From: Octopus sinensis
Taxonomy: Eukaryota
Assembly (NCBI RefSeq): GCF_006345805.1
Contig: NC_043010.1
Coordinates: 45,384,001-45,448,000 of the forward strand
Reading direction: 5' to 3'
Length of the DNA stretch: 64,000 bases
A model generated the notes under the pieces. That model saw only the letters and a program-made list of their open reading frames with translations, did not search any database and was not told the origin of the DNA. The position numbers and the translations under genes are program-made. Numbering within the stretch: position 1 is the stretch's first letter; every line of letters starts with the position of its first letter. Shown piece by piece: positions 62,886-64,000 of the stretch.

Positions 62886-63124
62886 GAGAGAGAGTAAGAG
62901 AGATGAAACAATTAAGAAATATCAAACTGAGAGAATGAAAAAGAGAGGCAAAAAGAACTTGGAGATTGAGTGATGGAAAAAAGAAGAGGATGAAATAAAG
63001 AAGAAAAAGGTAGAAAGAAATTTACAGTGTTAGTCTTTTATGTTGTTAATTTTCACTGATTTCAGATAAGATTTCAGATCAGCACCATCCTTATCAGTGT
63101 TGTCATCATCATCGCTGCCACTGT

Positions 63125-63159
63125 TTCCTCCTCCTCCTCCTCCTCCTTCTACTACTATA

Positions 63160-63205
<46 letters not shown>

Positions 63206-63230
63206 CCCTCCCTGCCTCCTCCTCCTCCAT
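63125..63230. repeat. (CCT)n/(ACT)n trinucleotide microsatellite
   Basis: Direct inspection. Confidence 0.95.
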
Positions 63231-64000
63231 TGTTTTACTGTTTACTTTTCCATGCTTGCAAGGGATGGATGGAATTTTACAACACAGATTTTCTACAGTC
63301 AGATTCCCTTCCAGTTGCCAACCCTCACCTGTTTCCCAGAAAGTTATGTTTCTCTATGGCCAAATATGCTTTCTCAGAAGTTTGAAAATTAAATGCTTGT
63401 ATGACAACAACACTCATTTACAACTATCACACGATGTCAAGTCACACATGCACACACACACATACACACATACACACACGCAGACACACCCACACATCAA
63501 GGTTCTTTCAGTTTCTATCTATCAATCCACTCACAAGACTTTGGTCAGCTGAAGGCTAAAGTAGAACACATTTGCCCAAGGTGCTGGGACTGCACCTGAA
63601 ATCATGGTTGGAAAATAAACTCCTTAATCACACACACACACACATGCACACACAAATACACACACATACACACATGCACACACAAATACACACACACATG
63701 CAACGTGCAAAAGTGAGATATATACACACAAAAGTACATTTCCGTAGAGAAGGGTTAAAAAGAAAAAGAACACATGAGTTTCTTAGGCACCTCACCATTC
63801 TTAATGGCCACTAACAAGACAGGTCGATGTAAATGCTTCATAGTTAATAATGGGGAAGAGTCACAGACACAAATATGTATGCAAACAAAAATTGTGTAAG
63901 AAAAGAGAAAGAGTCAAAGTCATAGTTAGGTATATGAAGAAGCAGAAGACATACTAAACAGGAGAGAAATAATTTGAGAACATTTAATCAGCACTTAAAA

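Overview
This is AT-rich, microsatellite-laden eukaryotic DNA, most likely from an octopus or other cephalopod. That is inferred from the SINE families, composition and C2H2-ZNF content, and was not verified by a search. There is one clear protein-coding region: a + strand C2H2 zinc-finger ORF (first ATG 4055, stop 7330, about 1090 aa) with a long Ser/Asn-rich N-terminus and 12 fingers. The rest is dominated by decayed mobile DNA: several tRNA-derived and RTE-tailed SINE families, at least six Tc1/mariner remnants (one full length, 59093-60313), piggyBac-type TTAA MITEs, Helitron remnants, Penelope-like (PLE) fragments, and an RT-less Gypsy fragment with an inversion. The most striking unexplained signal is three unrelated short elements, each carrying a degenerate minimal hammerhead ribozyme with a palindromic helix III (33421, 49048, 57354). 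The first sits downstream of a tRNA-like Pol III B box. There is also a (TA)n-embedded family with perfect, copy-specific hairpins. A CpG-retaining domain at about 37.6-44.5 kb, containing a palindromic AP-1/E-box cluster and a YY1 site, looks like a promoter, possibly of an unrecognised leftward spliced transcript. Repeat boundaries are approximate (about +/-10-20 nt).
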